DNA of 64,000 nt from Felis catus (taxonomy: Eukaryota). Below are positions 48,563 through 61,717 of this stretch, in pieces. Position 1 is the first letter of the stretch. The number at the start of each line of letters is the position of its first letter. The notes under the pieces were generated by a model. It did not search any database. It was not told the DNA's origin and saw only the letters and a program-made list of their open reading frames with translations. Where the stretch lies: the NCBI RefSeq assembly GCF_018350175.1, contig NC_058368.1, forward strand, positions 197,968,001 through 198,032,000, given 5' to 3'. The position numbers were made by a program, and so were the translations under genes.

Positions 48563-50859
48563 TGAGTACCTTGTGCCAGTGTAAAATGAACTATATGATC
48601 TTGTCCTCAAGGATCATCCAGTCTGAGGAACTTGTTGTCAGCTATGTCAGGGAGACTCTGCTGGCACCCTGAATTCCTTAATGCATTGTCCTTCCTTCCT
48701 CCCCCCCCCCCCCCCCCCCGCCACCAAATGCTGACACTGAATTGGCTACAAAATGTGCATTGCAGGATGTCGTGGGGTCCCTCTCCTGTGGTCCTATTGC
48801 TTTGCAAGGCTATTCTAATATAGTAGGACACTAAGTAGGAGTTTCTTGTTGATAACCAAGGCGAAACTGATGTCAAAAAGTCACAAGTACCACATATTCT
48901 AAAGAAAGACGGCCGTCAGACTTCCCTACCCTACGGGCTTACTAAGAAATAACCAAATGGACCCTGCCACCAGCAACCACTGCCCTAACCTGCAGACTAA
49001 TTTCCCAGAATGGAGGAAGATTCTTGAATATCACTGGCTTTGTAAGGAGCACTGTGTCTTATGTGGGAATCCCTCCAACTCTGCTGTAGAGGCAAGAGTT
49101 CCAAGAGAAGGGGAGAACTGCGGGAAGGGGAGACTGCTTTCTCTGCCCCCTGCTGTGCATTGGTTGGGTCGGTGGGTACAGTTTCACAAGCGAATGAGGT
49201 GGTTCCCTATATATGTCACTGAAATTTGTATTTCTAGGAATGAAGGGAAAGAAATGTGATTTAACATATGGGCCCTTTGAGGTCAAATCTAACTTATTTC
49301 CTATACAGTTCTAGATGTCAGGTTTTTTTTGTTTTGTTTTGTTTTGTTTTAAGTGACACCATGAGAAAGCTATTTGAAATTAGATGGTCTCTATTAAATA
49401 GCTACAAATTTTTAAATGTTGTTTTCAGGTAAGATCAAATAGTTGGTTCCAACAAATGCATCACCTTGGTTTCTTTTTTAAATGGAAATCTCTAATTTAG
49501 TTTTTAAATTAAATTATTTATGGTAAAATTCATTGTTATACTACCTGTTATTTGACAAGGCAATTTGCTTTGAAGACAAATTCAGACTTATGCACAGTTG
49601 GAAAGTGAGGCCATATATCCCACAGAGAGCATCAGTGAATCCGATTTTTCAGAAGAAAGTAATATTTTCAACTTTATTAATTTGGATAATGACATATGCC
49701 TTCCCATAAGAGATACTCTAAGCATGTTTACCTCTGAATTCTTCAAGGATAAAGTTCACTGACTGACCATAGTTTTTCAATTGTACCCAGCTACAAGATG
49801 TGATTACCAAACCTGCCTCTGATTGTAAGGTTTATAGTTTCTTTTGCTTCCTAGATATTGGAAATTGCCTGCTTCTACAGAATCCCATGGTCAATTCTGC
49901 CTATATTGGTGTCTATATATTGGATATTTTGCCTCCAGTATCTAACAGGATCTCCTAAGCACCATAAATATTGGAGAGGAGACATAAATAAACATGTAGT
50001 CAATATTTTCCAGCTAGACTTAATATTCAGAGTATCTAAATGGATACAACAGGCAGCATGTCCAAAGTGCACACATTACGACTTCCAAACAACTTGTTCA
50101 CTGGTACATCCCATGTATGACAAGAGGTTCCAGAAAAGAGTTTCAAAAATTTCTCATTCTGCAGAGGAGAAAATCACAATGAATTATATTAATTAGCAAA
50201 GAATAATTTCTTCACATTTCAGAACTCTCATAACAAGATAAACCATGTTGGCAGACAAAAATGCTTAAAAGTAAAAAAAAAAAATAGAAATTGTGGCTTC
50301 ATTAACTTGTAATTTTAATTTGATTCCCAAATGATGAAATTCTGCAACTGAACAAAATCATCCAAATATATATATTTTGTGTGTGTGTGTGTATTTAAAT
50401 GTGTATGTGGAAACATGAATATTTCAGAAGACATTCATTTGATGAGGTGTGGAGGAAGAGTCATGTTTGTAATTTATATTTTCCATAGTAAAAGACTACA
50501 AGTATGTTGGACAGCAATTTTCTCTTTTCTATAAATTTTAAGCTGCATATGTTATTGGACTCAAAATGCGACTTTTAAAAGTCTAGAATGAATTGAATGA
50601 GCATATAATGACCTGTATGATCATGTTCATTACAACATTGTTAGCAAAAGTATCTAACAAGAATATCTTAAAAGGAATTGTGTACATCTGTGTACATTTT
50701 TATGAAGATATACCTTGAACTGCTAAGTGAAGAAAGTTAGTTACAGAGAAATATCTTTATTTACTCTTCTATTTTTGTTTTTATCTATCCTTCTATCATC
50801 TATCTGTATCTATCTATTATCTATTCTTTAAGACCAATATCTTCGACTCTCTCTCAGCT

Positions 50860-51280
50860 CTATCTGCATAAGGCCTTCTTCTTTGGTGGGTCTGCATCCA
50901 ACCTTCTTCTGTCTTGTGAGGTGTCCTCTCTCCCAAAGAAATATTTAAAACAAACTTTAATTGTGTCTGAATTCTTTGGCTGATGTCTTTATTCAAATCT
51001 GGTGGGCTTGGGGACACCTGGGTGGCTCAGTCAGTTAAGCTTCTGACTTTGGCTCAGGTCATGATCTTGCAGTCTGTGAGTTCAAACCCAACATCAGGCT
51101 GTGTGCTGACAGCTCAGAGCCTGGAGCCGGCTTTGAATTCTGTGTCTCCCCCTCTCTCTCTCTGCCTTCCCCAGCTTGTGCTCTGTCTCTCTCTCAAAAA
51201 TAAACATTAAAAAAAAATCCTTCTTCTGTCTTTCTTTTGTAAAGATACTTGGGATAACATTAGGGCTCACTTAGACAATT
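50860..51280 (-). mobile_element. MLT1-like LTR fragment interrupted by a SINE
   Basis: ...cttttgtaaagatactt...ttagggctcacttagacaat resembles MLT1 sequence. Confidence 0.45.
51010..51217 (+). mobile_element. CanSINE
   Basis: SINE head, (CT)n, tail. Confidence 0.9.
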
Positions 51281-51281
51281 T

Positions 51282-51655
51282 ATGTAGACATGTGTATATC
51301 TGTGTGTATATATTTATATAGTGTGTGTATATACTGTGTATCATCTATATGTATGTATAGTACATGGTATATGTGCATATACTATTTTTATATGTATGTG
51401 TATATGTATATAAGTATATATACATCTATATGGTATGTATATAACACCAATGCGTATTATTGCATATATGTGTGTTATTATATATGTGTTCTTACATATA
51501 TTATATGTAGATATAGATACATGCATGAACACGTAAATATACATACACATGCATTAGCTATATATACAAATATATATATATTTGTGTGATTTTAGTGTAG
51601 TTGTATATAAAATATTTGTACATTATGCATATGTTCAAATATTTATGCATATTAA
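51282..51655. repeat. Degenerate (TA/TG)n low-complexity region
   Basis: Direct reading; accounts for the Y/I/C-rich ORFs. Confidence 0.85.
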
Positions 51656-53578
51656 ACATTTTGAAGAAAGACAGATCTACATTAAATAATCCATACTTTT
51701 AGCATTCTCTTTCACGGTTAATTTAAAAAAACGTGTGGCCTATTGTGCATCATAGGCAGTGTCTCTGGCTCTTAATCTCTGCTGATCAATACTTGTAAGA
51801 GAAAAAGTCCAGTGGGTGAGACATAGGCTTCACGATAACTCAACTTCAGTTTAGTTTCTCCACAAATGTGTCAAAAGGATTTGCCTGCCCAAATATCTCT
51901 GATGGTGTCTATGTAAATATTTCCAAGAATTAATGTAAATAGTCACTTTATTATAATAGGGGAAAAGTTCTTGCACTTAGCAGATTTTGTACCCTCCCAC
52001 TAAGCCGGCATGGAACAGTGGTAGACTCCAAGATTCTTTTCTAAATCCTGGCTTTCTTCACTGATTAAAAAAAAAAAAGGCAGGTTAGATTAGGGTGACA
52101 AATGTTAAGTGTGACACACAACCAGTGTGCAGACTGTTTTAATACTTTATCCTCAATATTTATGACAAACCTATGAGACAGAAATTATTCTCACATTTAA
52201 AGTTAGGAAGTTTTGGACCAGAAGGTCTGAATATTTTGTCAAGGTTACCCAGTGGTAAATGGGATTTGAACTCAAGACTTTCATCTGCCAAAACTCTTGC
52301 CACTGAGCCAGACTGCAAAGAAGATTCATTAAATATCTCTGATTCAGTTTCTTCCTCCTTCAAACCCTATAGGGTCTTTCGCTTCACTCTGAGGTAAAGA
52401 TCAAATTATTCATCATATAATTCAGGGCACACGCTGTCCTCTAGCCCAGGTCGCTAAGGCAGGCTGTTCTGATGCTCATGTAGGAGCTTCTTGAACATTC
52501 TGGGTTGTGAATTTGTACTTTAGTTTTACAAGATGTTCCCATTAGGGGAAATTGGTTGAAAGGAACATGAGAACGTGAGAACTCCTAAGGCTTTAGGAAA
52601 GAATCTCCCTTGATCTCAAAATAAAAAGGTTACTGCAAATCAAATATCCAATTAAGTCCAATGTGCTTCTGGTATTGCAAAATACTAAGAGGCGAGGTTA
52701 TGTGTCCAATTATAGCTCCCCAAACGCTTTCTCCTCTTCTTGCTTTGATTCTCCTTTTCTCCCCAACTCAATAGCGTAGAAAGCTTTCACATCTCTTCTC
52801 TATCTTGGGTTTTCAAAGCACTGTTACTCCCTCCTCCCCATATTTGGGGATACCTCTGCTCAAATTGTCCCAAACCTCCTGTTTAGAGAAGATCTATTGA
52901 GAATTCACGTGTGAGGCATCTTTCACAGCTATTTTACAGCCTCTAGGCAGAACACAGAGTACCTCAGCATCTTCCCTGCCGTGAGCCAACTCATCCTCAT
53001 TAAGGTCCTTACCATCAGATTAATAAAGAAGATTCCTCAGCTGGGTGGAGCTAGTTGAGAAGGAAGATGAACCAAATAGGCACACTCCCTATTTGACCGT
53101 GCAGATCCCACTTGCCACTGTCTTCTCTGTGTCGGGTGGGTCAGGTGGGGACTCTGTGAAGAGAGTTGTGGTACGTAGCATGGATGGGAGGACTGCTCTA
53201 GGTCAGTCCTTCCCGAAATAATGGTTTCTATTTTCTAGTGAAAAACTAAGATTCCAAAGTGCATATTTCCTTAAGTGCAGCACGGCTCCTTGTGGGCTGA
53301 GCCAAGGGTTGGGAGAGTAAACAGCTCCTACTTAAGTATGCACAGAGGACTTTCCTGGTGTTCCTCTCAAGCCCCTACAAGGTCTTCTGTTACTATGTAT
53401 GTCTTGTTGATACTGTGGGCTGTGGGAAGGAAAAAGGGAAAAGTCCACTCTAAGTAGGAATTGAGGAACGTGGAAAAGCCCCTTCACCTATAAGAAAGCT
53501 TCATTTGGAAATGGGCAGTTTGTCCCTGTGCCGTGTGTTATAAACGTCTCTATGGGTTTCTTCCACAGACTTGGTAAA

Positions 53579-53645
53579 ATGTCTTTCTTCTTGACATGGA
53601 TCAAAGCTATTTTTATCACTGCCCTGGCATTTCCTCATTATTCTG
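53579..53645 (+). CDS. Acrosin-inhibitor-like gene, coding exon 1 (signal peptide)
   Basis: [22 protein letters not shown]+G|gtgagt; acceptor-like ttcttccacag ends at 53568. Confidence 0.88.
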
Positions 53646-56600
53646 GTGAGTACATTTTTTAGTACTGGATGAAGCATTTCACATTATCTTAGAAATGCAG
53701 CAAACAACTGCTATTATCTAGAAATGGAGGAGGTTGATTGATAGGGTTTATAAATCTTTAAATTTTTTAAAAATGTTTACTTATTTATTGAGAGGGACAG
53801 AGAATCCTAGGCAGGCTCCAAACTGTCAGCACAGAGCCCAACTCAGGGCTTGATGTCACGAATGATGAGATCATTACCGGAGCGGATATCAAGACTGAGA
53901 CACCCAGGTGCCCCTAGGGTGTATAAATCTTAAATTGACAAAATGAAACAGAGTATGTTAGAAATATCTTATAAAATTGCATCAGCGGTTTGCTTTATCT
54001 CATTTCCCACCTTAGAGAGGTGGAGACGAAGAGGTGGGTTACAATGAGTGGTAGAATTTAGATTTTGTTCATCTACAAATAAAGATATTTACCTTTTTTT
54101 TTTTTCCTTTTTGGAGGTCAGATTCCATGGTTGCTAAAAGCAAAGTGTAAAAAGTAATGATGTCTTCTAGGTCTGACATTCCTTGAAAATCTAATTTGTT
54201 GTTTGCCAGCTCTAAATCAAGGCCTTGTGTAAGGAGAGAACTCATTGATTCCTCTGCTGACAACTTATGTTCCTTAAAGCCCAAGGTGGCCCATAAATTT
54301 CAGAATAAAGTAGCTTTGAGGTATTGGGTAGATCCCTGATATTATACCTGAGTACTAATTAATTAAATAATAATTAATTTTCATATTAAGTGACTTTTTG
54401 CAAAGCATGTAAATGGCACCAAGCAAACCATTGTCTTCTCCAACTAGGATGTCTCATCTATAAAAATGGGGGGGGGGGGGGCGGGGAATGGAAACAAACC
54501 ACAACTATAGTATCTTTACAGGAGGGTTTGGTGATTATTAAATAATACATAAGACTGTTTTCACAGAGTGAGATTAATTTGGGATTATGTTTCTATATTT
54601 GAATTTATTTTGTGAATTTACTGTTTTGATACTGCTGTAAAAGGCTCATCTCATTATTTGCAGGGTCCTTATTAGGCAATTTGCATAATACTTTGCTACT
54701 AAAATATATGGGTACTTCTCGCCAAAAACTCTAATGGTTTTCCCCTCTTCCTCTTCTTATTTTTAATTTGTGTGTTTGTGGGTTGGTTGCAGAAACTGGT
54801 TTTGAACCTTCACCAGAAATTCGTAGACTCGTAAGTTAATACTCATTACTTTGGGAATTGAAAAGGTAAACCTTTAAGTTTTATTCTGTAAGTTTTAACA
54901 GCAAGTTATGCTATGTACAACAGGATGATTTTTCAGAAGTAACAAACAAACTGTGTTATTTATTACGCCAAGTTCAAGAAACAGAATCTTGCCAGCCATA
55001 TAAAATCATTTGACATTAAAGACAAGGTAAAAATATCCCATTCCTTAAAAATTCCATTACTGGCCATAAGCCTTGTTATAGACAAGTGGCTGCTATGGAT
55101 TAAGGGCTGTTTAAAGTAGAATTGTTTATCCTAGCAAAACAGGAAGATTAAAAAACCAACAACCCAATTTTTCACGTAACAGTGGGTAAAATAATAATTA
55201 CCATACATTCACAGAGTGGATCCTTACATAGAAATGAGGAAAATGAGCTGCAGTTCCAAATGTGTGAACAGATAAAAGTTACAAAGACGTTTAAAAAGCA
55301 GGTTGTGTAAGAATACACATATTATTTATTTATGTAAATAGCCAGTGTTGCCGTCATTATGCACATTACATGCGTATCTATACGGTTACATACACATATG
55401 CAAATATGCAAACACTCATATGTATGAATTCATACAAGTGTGGTGATAATCTGAAACTACCAGATTATCTAATAGTGAAACTATTGAGAAAGACAAGGGA
55501 ATTGTAAAAAATTGTTTTATGATTTCTTGCAGTGTGAAATATGGTTGACTTTTAAACAGCCTAAGTTTAAGCTGCATGGGCCCACTTATACACACATTTT
55601 TTTACAAGACAGTGCAATCCTATGATTTTCTTAAATTTTCTTTTCTCTAGCTTAGTTTATTGTAAGAATATCATATATAGTATATATAACATACAAAATA
55701 TGTGTTAGCTGGCTGTTTATATTATCCTAAGGCTTCTGCTCAACAGTAGGGTATTGGTATCTAAGTTTTGGGGGAGTCAAAAGTTATATGCGGATTTTCA
55801 ACTGTGTGGGAGGGGAGGGTCTATACCTCTAAGACCCTCACTGATCAAGGTTCAACTGGGGAAAATCTGATCCAAGTATGAGAAGAAGTGGAGGCAGAGT
55901 GGCTGAATTCCAAAAACATATTCAGCGATTTGTATGTTTTTTATAAAAATAGTGTTGGGTTCGTAGAAATATACTAATAATATTTTATGTGTAAGTGGAC
56001 CATGGGTACCTTGATGTTTATTTTTAAACCTCAATATAGAATATATTTATTTCATTTTGGTGTATGGCGTTTTGTATTAAGAATAAAGAACATTTGATTT
56101 AAAAAGTTCCTGATGCATTGTTTGTTGTCTCTTTGTGTTTAACAGCCAAAGTGTGATGTGTATGTACATCAATTACATTTTTGCACAAGAGAAATGGATC
56201 CAGTCTGTGCAACCAATGGCCAAACTTATTCCAATACATGCGTTTTCTGCAGTGAACTATTGTAAGAACACAAGACTAAATATGGCTCTTCTGAAATAAT
56301 AACAAAACCATCCTAAAATTATAGGAAAACCCATGTTTTTGATAGCCTCACCACAGAAAATAACTACTATCTCTGTAAAAGCCTCAGAAACACACTTGTG
56401 CCTTTTCCTGAAATTCTCATTTCTAAAAGTAGTTTTGTATTAGACCTCTGAAATATAACTCTGCTGGTATTCTGTAAGTGTAGAAATCAATATATTGAAC
56501 TTAATTTAATTATTATTATTTACTAATGGCAGTCTATTGACTGATGTAATTCCAAAGTCCAGATGATAAATGGTAGTCTCCATGATGTGGCTGCAAGCTA

Positions 56601-57197
56601 ACTTGAGCATAATTGAGCAAGAAATCCTATTATGTCCTATAGTGACGGAACTCTGAAATCCATCACAGTGGATTAACCCACTCATGCTAAGAAGGACTCC
56701 TCTGAGGCTCTCCTCTGTCTCTGGACCTCCATGACTTACTCCAAACCCTTCTTAGAAGCAGGGCATTCTGGAACCTTCCATCTAAACCCCCTTCATATAT
56801 CCTTCACTCAAAAGGAGTGAAGTTTTGTCAACCTTTCTGCCTTACCAAAATGGCAAATATCACAGATACTTCCTCTCATTTAATCTGAAAATCTCTAATC
56901 CTCTCCTCTCTTGGCTCTTTGCGGGTTCCAAGACCGAGTCAGGACTGAGTGTGTAGGAAGAGCTAAGCAGCCTCAGGTGGAGGGAACATGGGCAGGGTTG
57001 CAGAGCAGAAGCCCATCTGCTTGTGGCACAGCGTCTCCACACTGTCCCATTTTCAAATGCTCCTCATTGAGAAGCACTTAGTGAAATGCTTGGGTAATTT
57101 TAAATGTTCTTTTAATGATTTCTTTTTCTTTCTATTTTTCTTTCTTTGCAGCGAAAGTGGTGGAGCGTTTGATTTTAGTCATTATGGTAGATGCTGA
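53579..57197 (+). CDS. Secreted single-domain Kazal inhibitor, sperm-associated acrosin inhibitor-like, 88 aa; join 53579-53645, 54793-54830, 56146-56261, 57152-57197
   Basis: [88 protein letters not shown]. 67+38+116+46=267 nt, canonical GT-AG, six Cys in Kazal spacing. [29 protein letters not shown] resembles the recalled boar sperm-associated acrosin inhibitor. Confidence 0.92.
53763..53914 (-). mobile_element. CanSINE (internally deleted) in intron 1 of the acrosin-inhibitor-like gene
   Basis: TSD tagggt(t/g)tataaatctt. Confidence 0.85.
54793..54830 (+). CDS. Acrosin-inhibitor-like gene, coding exon 2 (38 nt)
   Basis: ggttgcag|(E)[12 protein letters not shown]|gtaagt. Confidence 0.88.
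55542..55858. mobile_element. Tigger2-like non-autonomous DNA transposon in intron 2 of the acrosin-inhibitor-like gene
   Basis: Degenerate terminal inverted repeats ggttgacttttaaaca / tgatcaaggttcaactg and internal caaaagttatatgcggattttcaactg. Confidence 0.7.
56146..56261 (+). CDS. Acrosin-inhibitor-like gene, coding exon 3 (Kazal domain, 116 nt)
   Basis: gtttaacag|[38 protein letters not shown]+TT|gtaaga. Confidence 0.95.
57152..57197 (+). CDS. Acrosin-inhibitor-like gene, last coding exon
   Basis: Long polypyrimidine tract, then ttgcag|C+[17 protein letters not shown]. Confidence 0.92.
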
Positions 57198-57468
57198 TTC
57201 TGCCTGCGCTACACATTCCAATACCTTTTATTGCGATCCAATTTTGTGGTAGATTCTACAACCAATTAGAACGTCCTCAGTCAGAGTTTAAAATTCCTAG
57301 ATAATCACACAAAGACTTCTATGGCATACAAGATGGAATATAGGATGTTGAAGAATTTTTCCATGAGCCTATGATTGAAAGGTTTTCCTTCTCTATGTTC
57401 AATTATTCAATGACAGTTGAAAAACTATCTTAATTTTGTGTTTCTTAACATAAAACCCAATACAACTT

Positions 57469-57474
57469 AATAAA
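57469..57474 (+). terminator. Candidate polyadenylation signal of the acrosin-inhibitor-like gene
   Basis: First AATAAA I see after the stop codon (about 270 nt downstream). Confidence 0.5.
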
Positions 57475-57624
57475 TATTTCAATCAATCCAATGTTCAGTG
57501 ATATTATCCTTATTAAAATACCTTTTCCTTCTTTGGTTACTGGGTGAAAAGACATGAATGCTTTTAGTAACTATAATTAAAGAAATCTTTTCAAAAATGA
57601 ATAAATAATACATTATTTGTGCAT

Positions 57625-57760
57625 TTATTAAAAACACAGACACTTGGGCTCCTCTATATCCTAAGGAATCAAAACCTCCAGGAGAGGGATCTGAGAACTT
57701 GAATTCTAATATGTACTCCCGGTTAATCTTATGATTACAAACGTTAGGCAACAAGGACTT
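57625..57760. mobile_element. MER5-like hAT remnant
   Basis: aaaaacacagacacttgggctcc...gaatcaaaacctccagga...ggttaatcttatg. Confidence 0.4.
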
Positions 57761-58219
57761 AAATTCTAAAACATAGGTCTGTCTATCATTGCATGACTTG
57801 GAGATCCTATTCAAAGATACCATAAAATTTCTGAGGTGTGGGAGAAAAATTATATTCTTTCTCTCTTACAAATCAGTCAAGAGATAGGTTGGTGATCCTG
57901 GGGTACCAGGCAACTCTGCCTTCATCAGTGCAGTCTATCCATTTGTTGTCCAAGTCTGATGTGTCTCCATTTCTTTCATCTCTCAGCCCAAAAGAAGCAG
58001 GCTTTATTTGGGTGGCCATGTGTTCATTTAAAGTTTGATTGTAATGTAGAATTACATTCTGTACATTTGCAGAAATGTAGATTGATTACTAGAAGATAAG
58101 TATCAATCTACTACATTATCAGACCTGCTCTCCTTTTCACTAAACATTTCTACCTCTAGAAGAGTGATCCATGTGGGAGTCACATATTCATATACATCGT
58201 TAGTATTAATTCTCTGTTG

Positions 58220-58351
58220 TTTTTTTTTTAAAGTAGGCTTCATGTCCAGCATGGAACCCAACATAGGGCTTGAAATTCACGACCCTGAGATCAAGACCTG
58301 AGCTGAGATCAAGAGTCAGATGCTTAATTGACTGAGCCGCCTAAGCACCCC
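58220..58351 (-). mobile_element. Short CanSINE
   Basis: TSD atacatc.ttagtattaattct. Confidence 0.85.
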
Positions 58352-58839
58352 ATACATCTTTAGTATTAATTCTTAATGAAAGTGTCCAGTAGAATGTAGA
58401 CATTAGAGCTATGTCATAAAAGTGCATTCAGCTGCTTTCATAGCCTTTTTCATTATAGAGGACACGTATAAAAAACATCATTCAGTGAATGCCGGTAAAT
58501 GTATACATGTATTGTTTTCCCTCTTATTTAACATATTTTTAAAAAATCACTCCTATCTTGAGAAAAGTGGGTAAGCAAAGCAGATACTCCTACTGTCTTC
58601 TAGGAACTTTGGGTTACTTGGTGGAAGTTAGTATCCATCAGTGATGGGAATTCTGCCTCACTGCATAACTATTTTCCACATAAGCTTTGTAAGTTAGCTT
58701 CCCACATCCCCCATGTTATGCAGCTTAGTTCTTAAAGGAATCTCGTGACATCAGCTCTGTATTTTAGCCATAACAAAAGTGAGACACAGGAAATGTAACA
58801 ATATTTAAAATTTGGCACGTGATAAAGAAAATACAGTGT

Positions 58840-61385
58840 TTTCTTATATCGAGATAAAATTCACAAAACTTAAAATTTGCCATTTGGAAACATAAGATTA
58901 CATATTATATAGCAGATATTCATTCACAATGTTGTGCCATCATCATCACTAATTGCAACACTTTTCCATCATCTACTTCCTTCCAAAAAACAAAAAAAAA
59001 AAACCAACCACATAATTCCCAATTGCCCACCTATTAATTCCTGGCAACCATTCATCTATTTCTTGTCTCTATGAATTTGCCTATTTGGACATTTCACATA
59101 CAGGAATCCTACAATATGTATTTGATTTTCATATGAAAATCTACGTATTTATTTATTTATTTATTTATTTACTGTGTATGGTTTTTTGTGAATGATTTCC
59201 TGCCCTCAGCACAGTGTTTTCAAAGTTTAACTACATTGTAGCATGTATCAGTACTTCTTTCCTTTTTATGACTGAATAATATTCCATCTTATGGATATGC
59301 CACATTTTGTTTACCCATTCATCAGTTTATAGACATTTGGATCGTATCTACTAATTGGCTTTTATGAATAATGTGGTTCTGAACGTTCTTGCGCAAGTTT
59401 TTTTGTGACCATAAATTTTCATTTCTCACGGACATATACTTGGAGGTGGAATATCATGTGATAACTATCTGTAACATTTTTGAGGAAATGTCAAACTGTT
59501 TTCCACAGTGGGCACACCCTTTCACATTCCCACCAGGATTGAATGAATGTTCCAGCGTCTGCATATCCTCTTCCAAATCACAATTGTTTATTTTTTTAAA
59601 AAATTATATTCACCCTAGCAGGTTTGAAGCATAATTTAATTGTAGTTTGATTTACATTTCCCTTATGATCAACAGTGTTGAACATCTTTTCACATGTTTA
59701 TTGGCCATTTGTGTATCTTCTTTGTAGAAATGTCTGTTCAAATCCTTTGCCCATTTTTAAATTAAGTTGTTTGTCTTTTTTGTTTTCGACTTGGTAGTAT
59801 TCTTTATATAGTCTAGATACTAGACCCTTATCAGATATATGACTTGCAAATGTGCCGTTATTCCATTGGGGGGTTGTCTTTTTTACTTTTTTAATAGTGT
59901 CCTTTGATGCAACAATTTCTTTTTAATTTTATGAATTCCAACATATCTATTTTTTCTTTTGTTGCTCATGCTCTGGTGTTAATATGTAAGAATTACTGCC
60001 TAATCCCAGCTCATGAATATTTACAACTAGGTTTCCTTTTAAGAGTTTCATAGTATTAGTACTGGCATTTAAACCTTTGATTCATTTTAAGTTAATTTTT
60101 ATATATGGAACGAATTATGGGTACACAGTTAAACTTTTGCATGTGGCTATCAACACCACCAAATGAAGAAGATGTGGAGCCAGAGGAACTCTCATACGTT
60201 GCTGATGGGAATGCGAAATGCTACAGCCACTTTGGAAGACAATTTTGCCATTTCTTACAAAATTGAGCATTCTCTTACTCTATGATCCATTGATTGTGTT
60301 CCTTGGTATTTACCCAAAGGAATTGAAATTTTATGTCTACATAAACATCTTAATGTAGTAGCTTTATCCGTAATCACCAAAACTTGGAAGCAACCAAGAT
60401 ATCCTTCAATATGTGAATGGAGTTAAAAAAAAAAAAAAAAACTATGGTAATCCAGACAACAGAATATTATTCAGCAATAAAAAGAAATGAACTGTCAAGC
60501 AATGAAGACGCAGAGGAAACTTAAATGCATATTGCCAAGTGAAAGAACACAATCTGAAAAGGCATATATTATATGATTCCAACCATACGGCATTCATGAA
60601 AAGGTAAAACTATGGAGACTGTAAAAAGTTCAGTAGCCATCAGGGGAGAGGCATAAATAGGTAGAACACAGAGGATGCTTAGGCCACTGAAAAGAATCTG
60701 TTATGATATTATAATGATAAATACATGTCACTAAATTTTTGTCCATCCTTATACAGTGTACAACACCAAGAGTAAACCATAAGGAAAACTATGATTTTGG
60801 GGTAATTACGATGTGTCAGTGTAGACTTACCCTTGGTAGAAATACACCATTCTGGTGAGTGATATTGATAATGGGGGAGGCTATGCACGTGTCGGGGCAG
60901 GGAATGTAAAGGAAATCTCTGTACCTTCCTCTCAATTTCATTGTAAACCCGAAGTTGCACTAAAACAATAAAGTCATAAGATATCAATTGAACATATGCG
61001 TATGAATTTATTTTGAGTCCTTACTCTATTCTATTGCTCTATGTGTCTATCCTTATGCCAGTACCACACCTTTTTATCACTATAACTTTGTAGTGTGTGT
61101 TAAATCTGGATATGTAAATCCTCTAACTTTATGTTTTTTCAAGATCGTTTTGGCTACACAGGGGCCCTTGGAATCCAATATGAGTTTTAGTATTAGATTG
61201 TCAATTTCAGCAAAAAAAAAAAAAAAAAAAAGACAGTGGGAATTGTGATTAGGATTACCTTAAATGTCCCTAAATGTTTTAGGGATTATTGCTATTTTAA
61301 CATGATGAAGTCTTCCAAGCTATGAACATGTGATCTCTTTACATTCCTTTAGGTCTTCTTTAATTTCTTTTAGCAGTGCCTTTTA
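58840..61385 (-). mobile_element. Old L1 3' portion with a plus-strand L1 3' end nested at about 60153-60975
   Basis: L1 3'-UTR and ORF2 motifs; the nested piece contains ccttggtatttacccaaaggaattgaa. Confidence 0.75.
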
Positions 61386-61490
61386 ATTTTTTTAAAAAAT
61401 TTTGTCTCTCAAAAAACCCAGTGTGTATGTATATGCTTCTTTTAAAAAAAATGTTTTTAATTGAGGATAGTTGCCACACATGATTGATTT

Positions 61491-61717
61491 CTTTTTTTTT
61501 TTTTTTTAATTTTTTTTTCAACGTTTTAATTTATTTTTGGGACAGAGAGAGCATGAACGGGGGAGGGGCAGAGAGAGAGGGAGACACAGAATCGGAAACA
61601 GGCTCCAGGCTCTGAGCCATCAGCCCAGAGCCCGACGCGGGGCTCGAACTCACGGACCGCGAGATCGTGACCTGGCTGAAGTCGGACGCTTAACCGACTG
61701 CGCCACCCAGGTGCCCC
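61491..61717 (-). mobile_element. Young felid CanSINE with no visible TSD
   Basis: CpG-rich SINE abutting the L1 ORF2 5' region. Confidence 0.93.

Noticed and set aside
50902..51232. ccttcttctgtctt on both sides of a SINE plus about 95 extra nt, suggesting a 5' transduction
   Set aside because: Both copies fit the naturally CT-rich MLT1 LTR sequence into which the SINE inserted.
41717..57197. The carnivore double-headed submandibular inhibitor formed from the two tandem Kazal exons
   Set aside because: Each Kazal exon has its own signal-peptide exon, the first is disrupted, and neither resembles the recalled double-headed inhibitor sequence.
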